DNA from: Oopsacas minuta | Taxonomy: Eukaryota > Animalia > Porifera | Direction of reading: 5' to 3' | Assembly (NCBI GenBank): GCA_024704765.1 | Contig: JAKMXF010000222.1 | Location: 1,740,400-1,804,399 of the forward strand | Length of the DNA: 64,000 nucleotides | Part shown: in pieces, positions 36,694-49,593 of the stretch | Numbering within the stretch: position 1 is the first letter of the stretch | How the letters are laid out: each line of letters starts with the position of its first letter | Made by a program: the position numbers and the translations under genes | Notes under the pieces: model-generated | Databases searched by the model: none | Seen by the model: the letters and a program-made list of their open reading frames with translations, nothing else | What the model was told of the DNA's origin: nothing

Positions 36694-39600
36694 CTATTGA
36701 AAGTAAAATCCATGGTTAGGACTAACGACTGAATGGTGAAGAGAAGCCGGAGAGTTTAAAGGACTCAAACTGAAATTAGTTGGAGCTGACTCATTTATTT
36801 GTATTTGGTTATGAACAACTGTAGGAGAAGACGGATAAGCTATAGGGGAGGGAGGATAATGGTTAGGATACGAATAAGGTGTAGGAGAAGGACAGAATAG
36901 AGTTGGAGAGGGGCAAAATGTAGAAGGAGATCCTCGAGAGATGAGATACTCAGGGGTGAATGTAAAAGCTGGTTCAGCTGATATTGAAGAGGGGGGATGT
37001 GAATGTACAGGAGAGTGTACCAGCTCACTCTCTCCTTTCAACTTCAGAATTAACTCCTCAAACGGACACCCAACATGTCTCTGTACATCACATACAAATC
37101 TGTACACATATCTCTTGCCAGGAACTTTATGGATAATATTCTTATCGTAATAGTAACGAAGACCTCTACTTAATTTCTCATAATTCATTTTTGGTTTGTT
37201 TTTCCGTTGTCCCCACTTCTTGGCAACCTCCTCAGGGTTAACTAGTTTGAATTCCCATTCTTTATCGGTCCAGTGAATAAATGATTGACATTTAGAGTCC
37301 AATAAGAGTTCTAGAAGAAACTGCCATAACTGAATGGGGCCGCATCCTACAAAATTGGATATATAATAAACAACAACAAAATAACAAATACTCGTACAAG
37401 CGTTTGCTGGTATATTAAGAATAGTCGCTACCAACGCATCCCTGGCCATAATCCTCCAGTCATTGGGTGCTATGTAGTGGTTGTATTGGCTACATATTAT
37501 TATTGGAGTGCTATGCACCCTGGCACCCATAAGATCATGTCAATGGCAGCTACAAGAGTATATATAGTATGTGTTCTTTATTAATCGTATTCAGATTTAT
37601 TTATATCCTGGGATGGTGATCGCGATCGGATCTAGAACGCTGTGTTCAAATTTCTCATCAAAACATGACACAATGGACAAGTATAATATCACTGGACCAA
37701 CACGAATCCTCGATCCTAATACAACACGAAGTTGTTGTTTGTGGTGTATTTCGCTCACCTCTAATCGGATAAATAGTACGAAAGTTACGACACAATTGGA
37801 GCATTGACTGTATTGAGTTGTAAATATGTGTCAACCTCATAGATAAGGATATAACTAAATTATATAATGTAGTTGGTAGAGGGCTATATAGTCATATGGA
37901 TAAACGTACGTACATGGAAACTGAAAGTCATTCACTAATTGACCAAAACTTATGCCTCCAACTATAGAAAAATATGCCAATAAAAAGTCAATCAGCTGGT
38001 TAGATTCAAACAGTGTATCTCGACCTTTTTCGAACTGCGGAAAACTAATTATACCAAAAATTTTTAAACCATAAATGTCAAGTGTGAATCAACTTTAGTA
38101 ATACCGCTGTAAACAAATTTGCCAGTGACTTTTGGGAATAATTAGTAACAAAGTTCTGAGGCACACTGGTTGAGAACCTATGGTAGGATTATAATACTTT
38201 ACCTGTAGGAGAAGAATGCGGATTGAGAAGATGTAGAGTTGGAGAGGGACAAGGAGAGTGGTGCGGAGAAGCCTGTGGGGACTGCCCAGGGGTAGAAAGA
38301 GGAGTTGAGATAGGGCTCGGAGTCATTGGCGGACCACACATTTCCTGACCTGGTATATGATTGAGGCCTGTGAGATGATAGAATAATTAAACAATTAGAA
38401 TTTATTAAATTTGAAATAACTTGAGTACAATTTAAAAATAGATTCTGTCTTGCAGGATGGTTAACAACAAATCTATCTGGATGCAGGAGATTGTCTTGAG
38501 TTAATTTTGGGTGTAGATTAGGTGAGTGTGGAGGTTCATTGTTGTCAGAGATAACCAGTGTAGGAGCTATAGAGAATAATTATTGGTAATCATAACTCCT
38601 CACAGAGTAAGGAATAAATACAATCAACTTCCGTTGTATCTAAACTTAAGGGACAACGAATTGTACTCCGATACAACCGGAGTTCGATATAAGCGAGCGT
38701 AATATTATTATACTTAAGTACGTTGTAGCTAGGTACCATTTACCCAATTTTAAATTCTATATCAGAGGGAATTCGTATCTATCTCTGTTCGATAGAACGG
38801 GAGTTGACTGTACTATACTCAATCGAGTCAATTTTGAAATATTGTCCATGGCCTGCGGCTGATTAACTCATTTATTGATTAGTCCCGATTTAGCGGAGCT
38901 ATTTAACTAATGTCTAGTGCTGTCCTTTCCTTTATCTATATTTATCAGGTGATATGAGTAACCAGTGGACCGATTAAGCAGAGCAGGTTGTAACTAATAT
39001 AGTAAACATACGTGTTATCATGTTTGATCCAGGATTAGTCATATTCATAACATTCTCAGAGTGCCGGAGGAGGCTTGACCAATCATTTCGTGGAATAGTG
39101 TCAGTTGTTTTGTCTAAATATTATTAATTAATTAATAATAGAAAATATATCAACACATGTATTTATGTTGTCAATTAAGTTGTATTAACATATTTGAAAT
39201 AATAATTTGCTGAATCGAAATTTCAGTCATTTGAGTTAGCCACATATAAATAACACAGTATACTATCATTAATATAAACACGGGTAAGCTAAAACTCAGA
39301 CTAATGAGCACAAATTACGATGGGTCATTGTTATTGTTCTTAATAGTTCGCTATATCTTATGAAAATCTCGCAAATATTGAGCAGTGTCTTGTATGATGT
39401 ATGACGTTAAGTATTCAACGTGTTCTATAATGAACTAACATTTCTTCTTAAAAAACTGTAGTAACTGGTACATTATCTGCCATCTAGCAGCAGAATCTGG
39501 ACCTAGGAGATCAAGTAGCTGGTGACCTTCTAGATGACAGAGTCGTGCTCCGTCGAAGTTAGCGAACCTCTTAATATCTGAATTGAGATTGAATTTCTGA

Positions 39601-41059
39601 TTGCACCATGCAACGAATAGCACTACTCCGTCATAACTCCACTCATATGGATCTAAATAGATAAATATATACTACTACTAGTAGATAATTACGACATACT
39701 ACAGTAGAACACGGATAAGACGACCCAGAAATTGGTTCCCTCTATCTGCTATTAGCAATATACTGCATGGATGTTAGATTGAGTTTATTTTATGTTATAT
39801 ACAAATCCCAACAATTTTGTGATTATCGTCACTTAATACTGCGTTGCTATAGGTTGCTAGATGGCTTGCAGCAACGTATTTAGTGACGATAATCATGGGC
39901 TTTCGGGGAATTGTATATAACATAAAATATACCAATTATATCATCCATGGTTCAATAGAATATGGGGACAAACCATAGGCTATGGCAACAACATAGTCAC
40001 CCATGTCACTCATGAATATCAGTCCTGTTATGTAGTAAAATAGGTAAATTAGTACTCACTTTGTGGAATATTATGATCTTGCATGTGTCTCTCGTAATCG
40101 TTTAGTGATGTCTTTAGGATCTCTTCAACAATGTCCATGTCTTCTATAAATATTGAATAGTTATTGAATTTATAGAAAATAGTTTTATATAAATCAAATT
40201 AAAAACACCTTCGTAATTCGGATAAATCAAAATGTTACCCAAAACTAATGTAATTCCCTCCACGACAAGGATTATATCTATTAGCTGATGAGTATTTTTA
40301 AAGAAGCTATGTTATAAATAAGCAACTAACATGTATACAGCTAATAGAAGTTTAATTTAGCATTCCTACAATTAAATACATATAATGCAGTCTCCTCCCC
40401 CTAATGTCAAGAAAGAGATGAGAAATAACTACCTGTGTAGTTAGCTTATTTTTAGGAACCATACGGAATAACAATATTGTTTATAATAAAGAGATCGAAT
40501 ACTAATGCTATGAGGATGTTTATTAGGGCCGATTGAAGAGAATGTTCATGTTAAGCAAGGTTAACACCGATCGAACTGAATATCAATATTCATGAATAAC
40601 AGCCTTACAGAATACTGATACGAATACTGATTATGATCGGTTTGGTTAAACCGAATAGTGAATACGGATTATCAAAAATTAGCGACAAATTATTCGGTTG
40701 CAACCTTGATAATTATGGCGTCCAGGCGGACAACGAGCAGGACAAATTTTACGACGCCCATGGTTCTGATAAAAGTAAATACCTGGCATTACTGTACTGA
40801 ATTGTTTATTATTTTGTTCTATTCCTGGATCTTCATACATATTGGAAACAATTTCTTGAGAACCGAAGTCAGATACACTACTATTCTCATTCAAATGATT
40901 ACCAACTTCTCTCAAAGTCATTCTACGGAAATTAGAAGGGAGACTCTTTGAGTTAAAGGGAGAGTACCGCTGTCTTGTCCTTTGTAACATAATGTTAGGA
41001 TTAGAAATCTCATGGTTAGGAGTTGGTACTTGATAATTGAACCGGTTATCATTATCCAT
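36694..41059 (-). CDS. ETS1/2: ETS1/ETS2 (Pointed)-group transcription factor with PNT/SAM and ETS domains; exons 41059(or further 5')-40783, 40143-40060, 39652-39440, about 38567-38429 (donor uncertain), 38367-38203, 37346-36694
   Basis: ETS domain [15 protein letters not shown]...CQSFIHW...WEFKL...[37 protein letters not shown] is nearly identical to ETS1/2. PNT domain [27 protein letters not shown]...FDGARLCHL. Phase-1 introns throughout; the 5' end is unresolved. Confidence 0.88.
38621..38810. mobile_element. Tc1/mariner-type MITE in an ETS1/2 intron
   Basis: TA|CAATCAACTTCCGTTGTATC ... GATAGAACGGGAGTTGACTG|TA. Confidence 0.75.
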
Positions 41060-41645
41060 ATTGACTTCCCAAGAAGGGTATCTATCGTGTGCAGGGGGTT
41101 GCGGAGAGGATATACCATTGCCATTGACACACTCTACAGAGGCACTTCTCTCTATCGGAATGATGTTAGGGATTTCTAGGAGGTTATTGGTAGGACTGGA
41201 ATTGTAAACAACTCCATAGTTCCAAGAATTGGAACGTTTGCGAGAGAGATTGATCGGCTCTGTTAGATAATCCAGTTTGTAAGTTGTTTCTTATAATTCG
41301 TGAAGTAGTAATTCTAGTTTGATACCAACTAAACTAAATACACAGAGAATACACAATCATAATTATAGTAGTACTTAACCAAAATGATTTCCCTATGCAT
41401 TTGAGTAACTGGAGACACTAAGGATAATTTAACAACAATATATTCCGTAGAAGTCTCTAGTTTGAAAGTTATCATCCTGTGAGATAACAATTGATTAGGT
41501 AATGTGAAATTATACGATTATTGAGGGTACCCGATTATCTAGTAATGTTATATGGTGAATTAATCAATGTAAGACAAATAATTATAGAAAAGGACACATA
41601 TATAATGAGAACATTATTTCATCAACAATTAAACATGTCAAACAA

Positions 41646-42128
41646 TCTATATTATTAACTCAATTGTTGTTTGTTTGTCCGTTGTCAAGGAAAGGATTTG
41701 CGGTATGCATTTTGAAATTGGCGCATAACTATGGATTTATCGTGTTTATCAAGGAAGTAAAAGAATTCAATATATAACTTCACTAAACATATCAAACATG
41801 CTAAATCCGATTTTCACACTTTTGGATTAATCATATGTAAATTTATTGTTGTTTTTATGAATACAAAGTAAAGAAATTTCAAAATTGAGGTAGAAACATG
41901 CATTCAATGGTTGTACTGGGGTAATCGAGTATGCTGAGTCCAAATATGATACTGTAAACAACATTTAACAAATATTTGTTCACTTATGGGGACATAAAGT
42001 AAGCAGATTTAATGATTATGGCAGTATCATGTTTGCCACGGTTAAGTTTATGTACTTGAGGGCCTTAGGCCCGAGTGCGGACACGAAGTGTTCGCAACCG
42101 CGTAGCACGAGCAAGCGAAGCGCGCTCG
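41646..42128 (+). mobile_element. Non-autonomous Helitron, family A, complete ends
   Basis: A|TCTATATTATTAACTCAATTG ... GAGCAAGCGAAGCGCGCTCG|T; shares its 5' half with the 3446 copy and its 3' half with the 22141 copy. Confidence 0.87.
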
Positions 42129-42715
42129 TACAGATAAAATATTCAAGCTGTTTGATAACATCTGTTTCGCAAAATTATAGCTATCCCTCCTCATAGGGCA
42201 TTGCAAGGTCATTTCTTGTGTTATAGAAATCCACAATTTATCGAAAAGACCATTTAGTCTACAAAATTAAAACTCTGGGGTGGCATCCCGGTACGGTGCT
42301 CGCCGTACCACTTTAATGATTGCTAGCTCTGCTATACTACCATGGTCTGTTCGAAACATATAATTTGTTAATAATTTACTAATTTTTTATATTTTGATAT
42401 AACTGTACACATAGTAGACAGGTTGTTAGTTAAATTCCTTCCGTAACATTGCAGTTAATCGCCTGAACATATACAAAAACTGGTGCGGCTTCGCCGGACT
42501 ACCATTCGAACACTATATATTTCTCGCTATGTCACTTTCGAAGGGACGTGCCGCGCCTGAGAACTGTGTCATAGGAGCTACAATTAGAACCTCATAGCCC
42601 ATATAAATCAGAACAGTTCTAACAGTTGAGAAAACCAGATATACAATCACATTCAACAATCTTGAATTGTGACTCGAGTGTACAAAAAAATTGGAAATAT
42701 ATTAATGAATGAATA

Positions 42716-42934
42716 TCGTATTATTTCGAATAATCGCCCTTCTGAGGTTCCTAAAAATAATAACTGCTTAAAGTGAATGATATTTCCCTTACATTTAAGA
42801 TAAATAAACATAATGCAAGCACATAGGTATGATTATATTGAGATTATCGTGTTTATAAAAATCGAAACTTCCCTCTCAAGGCGGCTTGAAATTAATAATT
42901 ATAATCGCCCCGGTTATTATTCGAGGTAATACGG
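42716..42934. mobile_element. pogo/Tigger-type MITE
   Basis: TA|TCGTATTATTTCGAATAATCGCCC ... TTATTATTCGAGGTAATACGG|TA. Confidence 0.65.
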
Positions 42935-43557
42935 TATCCATGGTCCGAATTGAGTTTACATTTTGGTACCCTACGTTGACCATATATAGCCAGCTATTGA
43001 GCATTACGTCAGCCCTGGTGTCCTCGAATTTCTTCAATCAATTCTGGACATATAACAATATATAGAAAATAGATATGTTGCAGTCATACCGTTTCCAGTT
43101 GAAAGGTGTTGTTCATTGCTTTTAACATCAAATGAACAACATACAATAGTACGTAAATTATCCGAACATGATGGGACCGAGGGGGTTCGGACAACTGACA
43201 CTTATTGCATTATATGCTAGGTGTGGCTAGATAATTAACAATGCATATTATTTTCATAGATTTAGTATAAATAATGTAAATATGGTCAAATAGCTTTTTC
43301 AGGTATATTATCATATTTCAGAATTCAGACCATATCGCCAGTACATATAATCAATTATATTTAGTGGTAAACAGGTTAGAGAAAGAATGAAACACTAGAG
43401 GAGTGGAGAATACAAGCGTTCGGTTAACCGAGCGAGGTGTTCGGATAACTGACGTACTAATGTATATTAATTGCATGACACTATGACTCATCACCTAACT
43501 GGTGAAATTATCAGAATAAAGAACCGTAATTGAAATCCGTTCGATATGACAATACTG

Positions 43558-43837
43558 TAGAGTCTAGACCCTCGATTATCCAACACCTCAGATATTCGAA
43601 CAGCAGGAGACATATTTAGCCTAGAAAATTTGACCTAATTTAATTTGATATTGGAGCTTCAGACAAATTAAGTACTCATTTATTTTTTTCGAACCAAATT
43701 GTAGTGATATTATGGGGATATTTGTATAAATCGAATATATTAGAAATGAATTTCATATATCAAATAGACTATTTCAGTTATCTGAACACCAAACTGAATT
43801 CAAAGACGAAGGTGTTCGAATAACAGCGGGTGAACTG
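43558..43837. mobile_element. Degenerate Tc1/mariner-type MITE (left end approximate)
   Basis: ACCCTCGATTATCCAACACC ... GGTGTTCGAATAACAGCGGGTGAACTG|TA. Confidence 0.55.
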
Positions 43838-45218
43838 TATTTTGGCTCGATTTCAACAAATAATTCGAACTCTTTGAGTCAATTCATTGAATATATTATC
43901 AAGAAGTGTATACATTTATAGGTGGTACTCGTTGTTTTGTTAGAAATTGTGGTGGAATTGTGAAATTCTAGAGATGATAGATAACAATCCCGGTTGTTTA
44001 TTTGATGTTAAACGTATATGCCTAATTAGTAAGCAAAGTTATGCATGCATTATTACCATTCGAAATTCAATCGGTGGAATAGGGTTGCCGCATCTGGGAG
44101 GACTGGTGCCTGGTGCATTTTGGAGTTTTACCTGTAATAAAATTTATATTGATAGACAGGTGTTATTTAGGTGTTGGGCAACGTTGGGGTAAGATTTTCG
44201 GCAATTTTATCATGATAAGAGAATGTAAAGTAATATACTTGTTTCTTATCCCCGTTAGGAAAGATTCTATTTGTATTTTTGCCAAATTTTTGCATAATTC
44301 TTTGGTCACAGATTGTGCAATCCACATTTTACTACTTGTATAGTTGAATAATTTAATCCTTTTATTCCCAGAGAGGTGATGAGATAATTGAAGGGTCAAA
44401 ATATTTACATATTAACTGACCTATAAAAATTAAAATAAAATACCGTCCGCCATCCCATTTTCAAAAAAATTCCGGATGACAAACAAGTAATGTATTTTAC
44501 ATGGCCTAACTGGGAATAAGGACCCCAAGCAGGCCAAGCTGTACTTCCTGTCTTTCGACCGATATTTTAATTTCTCATTCAAAATTTTAAATAAATCTAC
44601 ACAAACTTTTCCCTTTTTAGCTACCGTCATGAATTACATATTAATTTTGAGATATCTCAAATGAAATAAATAATTCACTAAAATATTTTAATAATTAGCA
44701 TATGCTTGTATTAGCTCAGTCCTCAATAAAGAAAGTATATTTTCGTTTTTTAATAATTCGATACAAATTAATTACTAACATCTCATCACTCGGTATTTCT
44801 ACCACTCGATCTTCTCAGTGTAAAATCCAATTTCGCAGAAAGAAGCGAAAATCAACTCCAGCACGAGCTCCACATTGTAGTTTCAGAACAGTTTCGAAAA
44901 TCAAAATTACGGATAAAACTTGTCTTCACAAGCACTATATCTGTAAAGTTAAAAGAAAACACAAAGAATTACCAAGTATTGATAATAGCGATGTGCTTAT
45001 AATAAACTTAACATTACTAACAATAGAATAGTTTGTGAAAATGATGACAAAATTAATCGAAGTAGAACAATCTGTAATCACTACCTCCTAGCCAAACTAT
45101 ACGAGGTGAGTCCAGCACTGCTATAGCTTGCTAGAATTGAATAAAATCTATATTTGCATCTGAAGATTGGTGGCTGCTCTGATGTATGAAGATTACCAAT
45201 GATGATGTTAGCCTTGTT

Positions 45219-48200
45219 TCACTGCTGCGATTTGTAGCTGTGAGATGAGAATACAGCATCTTCCATGGGAGAGTTGATGTCCGAATGTTTAGAAAGATGA
45301 CTCTTCACCTCATCAAAACAATCTTCTGAAGATAGAGGGAACCTTCTGGGACTCCAGCCGTAGGATGAAACAGATATCTTCTGAATATCAGCATTAACCT
45401 GATGTCTTTTCAATCTCTTACTGGAGGCAGAATAATGTAGAGCGTCTTGATAGTTTCTGATCTCTAACTCCTCACATTTAGAGTGCATGGCTTCGTATGG
45501 AGTGTCAGTTGTATCCTTATAGAGAAATAGGTTATTACAAATAACAATAATGAATGGATTCACTATAGATTATTCATATACCTCATGAGTATCAGTATTA
45601 AATTTATGCACTCCTTCAACAGGCCTCCAACCAGGGATAATAATCTCTTTGAAGCTAGGTTTCTCAGGTTTAGGAAGATAACTCCCTGGGATAATAATGC
45701 TAGTTGTGTCGTAGCTCCTGGCACGTCTCTGTCGGGATCCTCCGTGGAACAGAGGTTTACTCTTCTCGGGTTTATTTTGTGACATCTCTGCAATGGAAAC
45801 ATGTCTGTACTTGCTACCTAATAGAAATACATCAATATGATCGTTATAATACCAACAAAACTGGGTATGAGCTAACTTGAAGTTTGTGAGTTGTTTAGTT
45901 TAGGTCTATGTCCTATTTTCTTGCTCTCCATCCTCATCGCCTTGTAACGACTCTGTACAGCTGGAGAGGATTTGTTGTGAGATATAGCGAGCTCTAGCTT
46001 TCTAAGATCTTTAGAATCTAACGGCAGATCCTTGGAAGGAACTCCCATAGTAGAATCATACATGAGGAGAGTACTGGGAATATCTAAAAAGCAATTTAAG
46101 ATAATATATAAGTCAGTTATTAAGATCCTAGTTTGTAAATGATCTATGGTCAAATTCTATTCAATTTATTGTATAAATTATTACGTAGATGTTTTGAAAT
46201 CTTTGTATTGGGAATTTTTGCTATCATGATCAATTGATCATTTAAAAACTTGCAATATCAATGAGTTTCCTTCGGGGTATTTCGTCGTGAAGACTAAGAA
46301 TTTCATCTTCGAAGGATATATGGTTGTAATTGAATCGGCTATATGCTACGAATTTGCATATTTTGCTGATTGGTTTTTCTGGCTCTATTCCCGTGCATTT
46401 AGAGGAAAAAACTATTTCAACTGTAATACAAATATACCAACTTACCGTCTCGTAAAGATAGAATAGAGTGGTGGTGAGGAGTAGATTGTAATATATTGTT
46501 AAGAGAGCTGAGTTTTAACGAAGCAGACTGATGGATAACATGTGAAGGCTTAGAGGGAGCATAGGGGATACAGCGAGATGCTGTGTCTAGTGGGAGCACT
46601 TCCTCTTGTGTAGAATGAACATTATGTAGATCCTCTAGTCTCTTGTTAACATAATCTATCTCATTGTCTATCTGAGCAATTTGTAAGTCTAACCAGTTCC
46701 ATCTCCCACCAATCTCAGCTCTATCATTCAGCCAATTACGATACAGTCTTGTAAGTCTATTAATAAAACGAATTAAACATATCCAGCTTGTACTTGTATA
46801 TATATATTTTGGGAAATATGAGATATCGTCTCTTATCCTATTAGAATACTTACATTAAATAGTACTAACCTCCTGCGTTTGGGACCGCCCAGATTAGTAC
46901 TGTTAAGATAACACTCATCTTCAGAAGAACTCTCAGTCTCATACCCCGTATTCATTCTATCATGACAGTTCTTGATTCCTGATTTAAGAAGGCGAGCTTG
47001 TTTCTCACTCTCCCTAACAGAGCGAAATATCAACATAGTATTTGCCATATAGATTTGAAATATTCGGCTAATGCTAATAGAATACGCTGTGTGAGAGTGT
47101 GGAATAATATAATGTTAATAATTTCCGCAAAACTCATTGCAGTTAAAACTGTCATTAACGCCCACCCGGCGAATAATCAGTCGTATAAGTGGTCGCTCAT
47201 GGCAGGTCATAAAGACAGGTATCACTATAATGTAATCTCACAACAAATGATATTCGCTTGAGTTCTAATGAACTACATACTTTTAGTGTTTAGAATACGA
47301 ATTTACTAGAACCGGTATATACAATGAGTGAGGCAGATCCGAGGTAATTACACGAGTATGTACACAATTTGTACATACATGTATATTACACATATTAATT
47401 TGTATACATACCTCGTGTGGGTTAGCTTCAATAGATGCGAGTGTGTCAGTGGGGGTACTTTGGAGCAGTAAAATTGTTGTTTATTTTGTGTGACAGATAA
47501 CAACGTCTGAGATTGTTGAAACAAGATTTTCTCTTCCATCTGAGCAATAGACTCCTTCAACTCTCTACTCTTCCTCAATAGAGTTTGCTGCATAGAAAAA
47601 ATATACTCATATTTCTTCATATGTAATTTAGTTGTAACATCTTGTCTGGGATCATCTATGAAGACCTGTAAGGCAGGAGGGATATGAAGAGAAGGAAAAA
47701 TGGATGTCTCCCCAATCGTAACACCATCTAGCTGACTATGAGGTTGAATTGTACTGAATGTCTCTATCTCTGATACAAGAGTTACCTCCCCAGTAGTAGA
47801 GTACTCTATATCAAGTTCAAGTGGAGGTTGTGAAGGTGAATGAGACGGAGATATGTCTGCTGTTGCAGGTTCCTGTTGACAGTCATGGAACTCACAGGGA
47901 CTAGAACATACTTCCGGTTGTACATCATTCTGAGTAGAGGGATTAGGCAGCTGGAGATCTGTAACATCGTCTGGCGGAGTCTCTAGCTCGTAGTTAGGAT
48001 TCTTATTCTCTATCTCAGCTTGAGATTGTTTGAGGCAGATTTCTCCTGAGCTAACCTCTTGATTACTCTCTGACTCGGTTTCTCCCTCTTTTTCTGGGAG
48101 CTGGTTAGTACACTGTGAAGCTAAACCATTCGTTTGGGTATCAGAAGATAGAGTGCTGAAGGGGTCACTGGTAGGATCTTCTGGGGTAGTAGAGCTGAGA

Positions 48201-48919
48201 GGGGGTGTGTCAAGAGAGTGAGGTTTGATAGAGTCCTTCAGCTGAGAAGAAGCGTCTGATCCTACGTCATGTTGTGTTCCATTAGTAATTACTGGAGAGG
48301 GAACATGCCTACAAACTGTGTGACGACTAGTATCAGCTGGTGTGTCAAGTTCTAATTTCCTGACTCTCTCAGATTCCAATTCTCCCGTATTGTTGTTTAT
48401 AGATGTATTAGAACCAGTAGGCGATATATCCGAATTCTTCTCACAATCTGGGTCCCCATGTAGCTGAGAAGGATCAGTGTTGGAATTCAAAAAAGATGTG
48501 TTTTTATAGAATGAATTAATTTTGACTTTATCCATAGGTTCCGCGTACGGGGGTGTGTCCTTGTGTTGTTGGGAGGATAGAGAGGAGAAGGCACGGCGGG
48601 GAGAAGTCAGGAGGGGTATATGGGGGTTGTTGGTCGGGAGAGATACGGGTGCTTGGGATTTTATAGAAATAGTTTGAGTGATTAAAACTTCGTCGGAGTG
48701 AGCAGGGTGTGGCCGGATGTTCTCGCCGATAGTTAGCTGGTCCTCAGAAGTTAGAGAAAGTATTTTAGCTCTAGTTTGATCTCGTGAATAAGAGAATTGT
48801 CCTAGAATAATATCTGGATCTTCTTCAATTGGCCATTCACCAGTGACATCCTCAGGCAAGAGGGAAGGTGGGTGTCCTGTTTCAAGTTCCATAGGCTCAG
48901 GAGAGCTGGTAACAGACAT
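45219..48919 (-). CDS. KANSL1: KAT8 regulatory NSL complex subunit 1 (PEHE domain), about 900 aa; exons 48919-47412, 47013-46870, 46756-46446, 46083-45877, 45817-45582, 45515-45219
   Basis: WLNDRAEIGGRWNWLDLQIAQID resembles KANSL1 [37 protein letters not shown]...PEKPSFKEIIIPGWRPV resembles RRRGESSFDINNIVIP...EKLQYKEILTPSWREV. PEHE-like YEAMHSKCEELE. Splice phases are consistent (2703 nt). The start ATG is inferred and an upstream coding exon is possible. Confidence 0.82.
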
Positions 48920-49593
48920 GTAATCAGGTTTCGTAGTCAAGAGGCCTGCAATAGAACAAATACAATAAAACTCTTCAATAGTTATTGTTTAGAATAAGAT
49001 ATATTTTTGGTTCACTATAATAATATAATAAATTCTAAAACATTCTTTCATAATAATAATTTTATAAACGAAATATAAAATGGTACTTGATATAGGTATG
49101 CCAATGCTTGTAAGTATAGAAATGGAAAGAAAATGGAATATTTGACTATATTCTATTTTGAATATTAGTTGTTTTGGCTAGTCAATAATACAATGTGAAA
49201 TTCAATACATAAAAGGAATTATTACAAACAAAACAGAATTAGGAGAATATCATTGGCTAAATAATACTTTATAAATTCACGTTGACGATGTAAGGAAGGA
49301 TAATTAGAAGTATAATTAGTGTGTATCTATAATTTATATTAGATTGAATATATTGATTAAAGATCTAACGTACTGTAGAGGGTATAACCAAGAGTACATA
49401 TGATGATGCAATGAAAATCAAACGTACCATGATTTTAAGAATATTTGCAGTGTACATTGGAGATCAAATGAAATATCGAAAGTTGTAAATCAGTGACTGG
49501 TCTGATTCATGATGTTTCCACCATCTTCAAACTGCACGCCACAACACATATACATATTGATAGCATTCACATGATTACTTTTAGTAACCATGG

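Noticed and set aside
24790-41040. VP dipeptides in the ETS proteins (EVPN, QVPT) as COP1 degrons
   Set aside because: They lack the acidic residue after VP and the upstream acidic context of the D/E-x-x-x-V-P-D/E consensus; VP alone is common.
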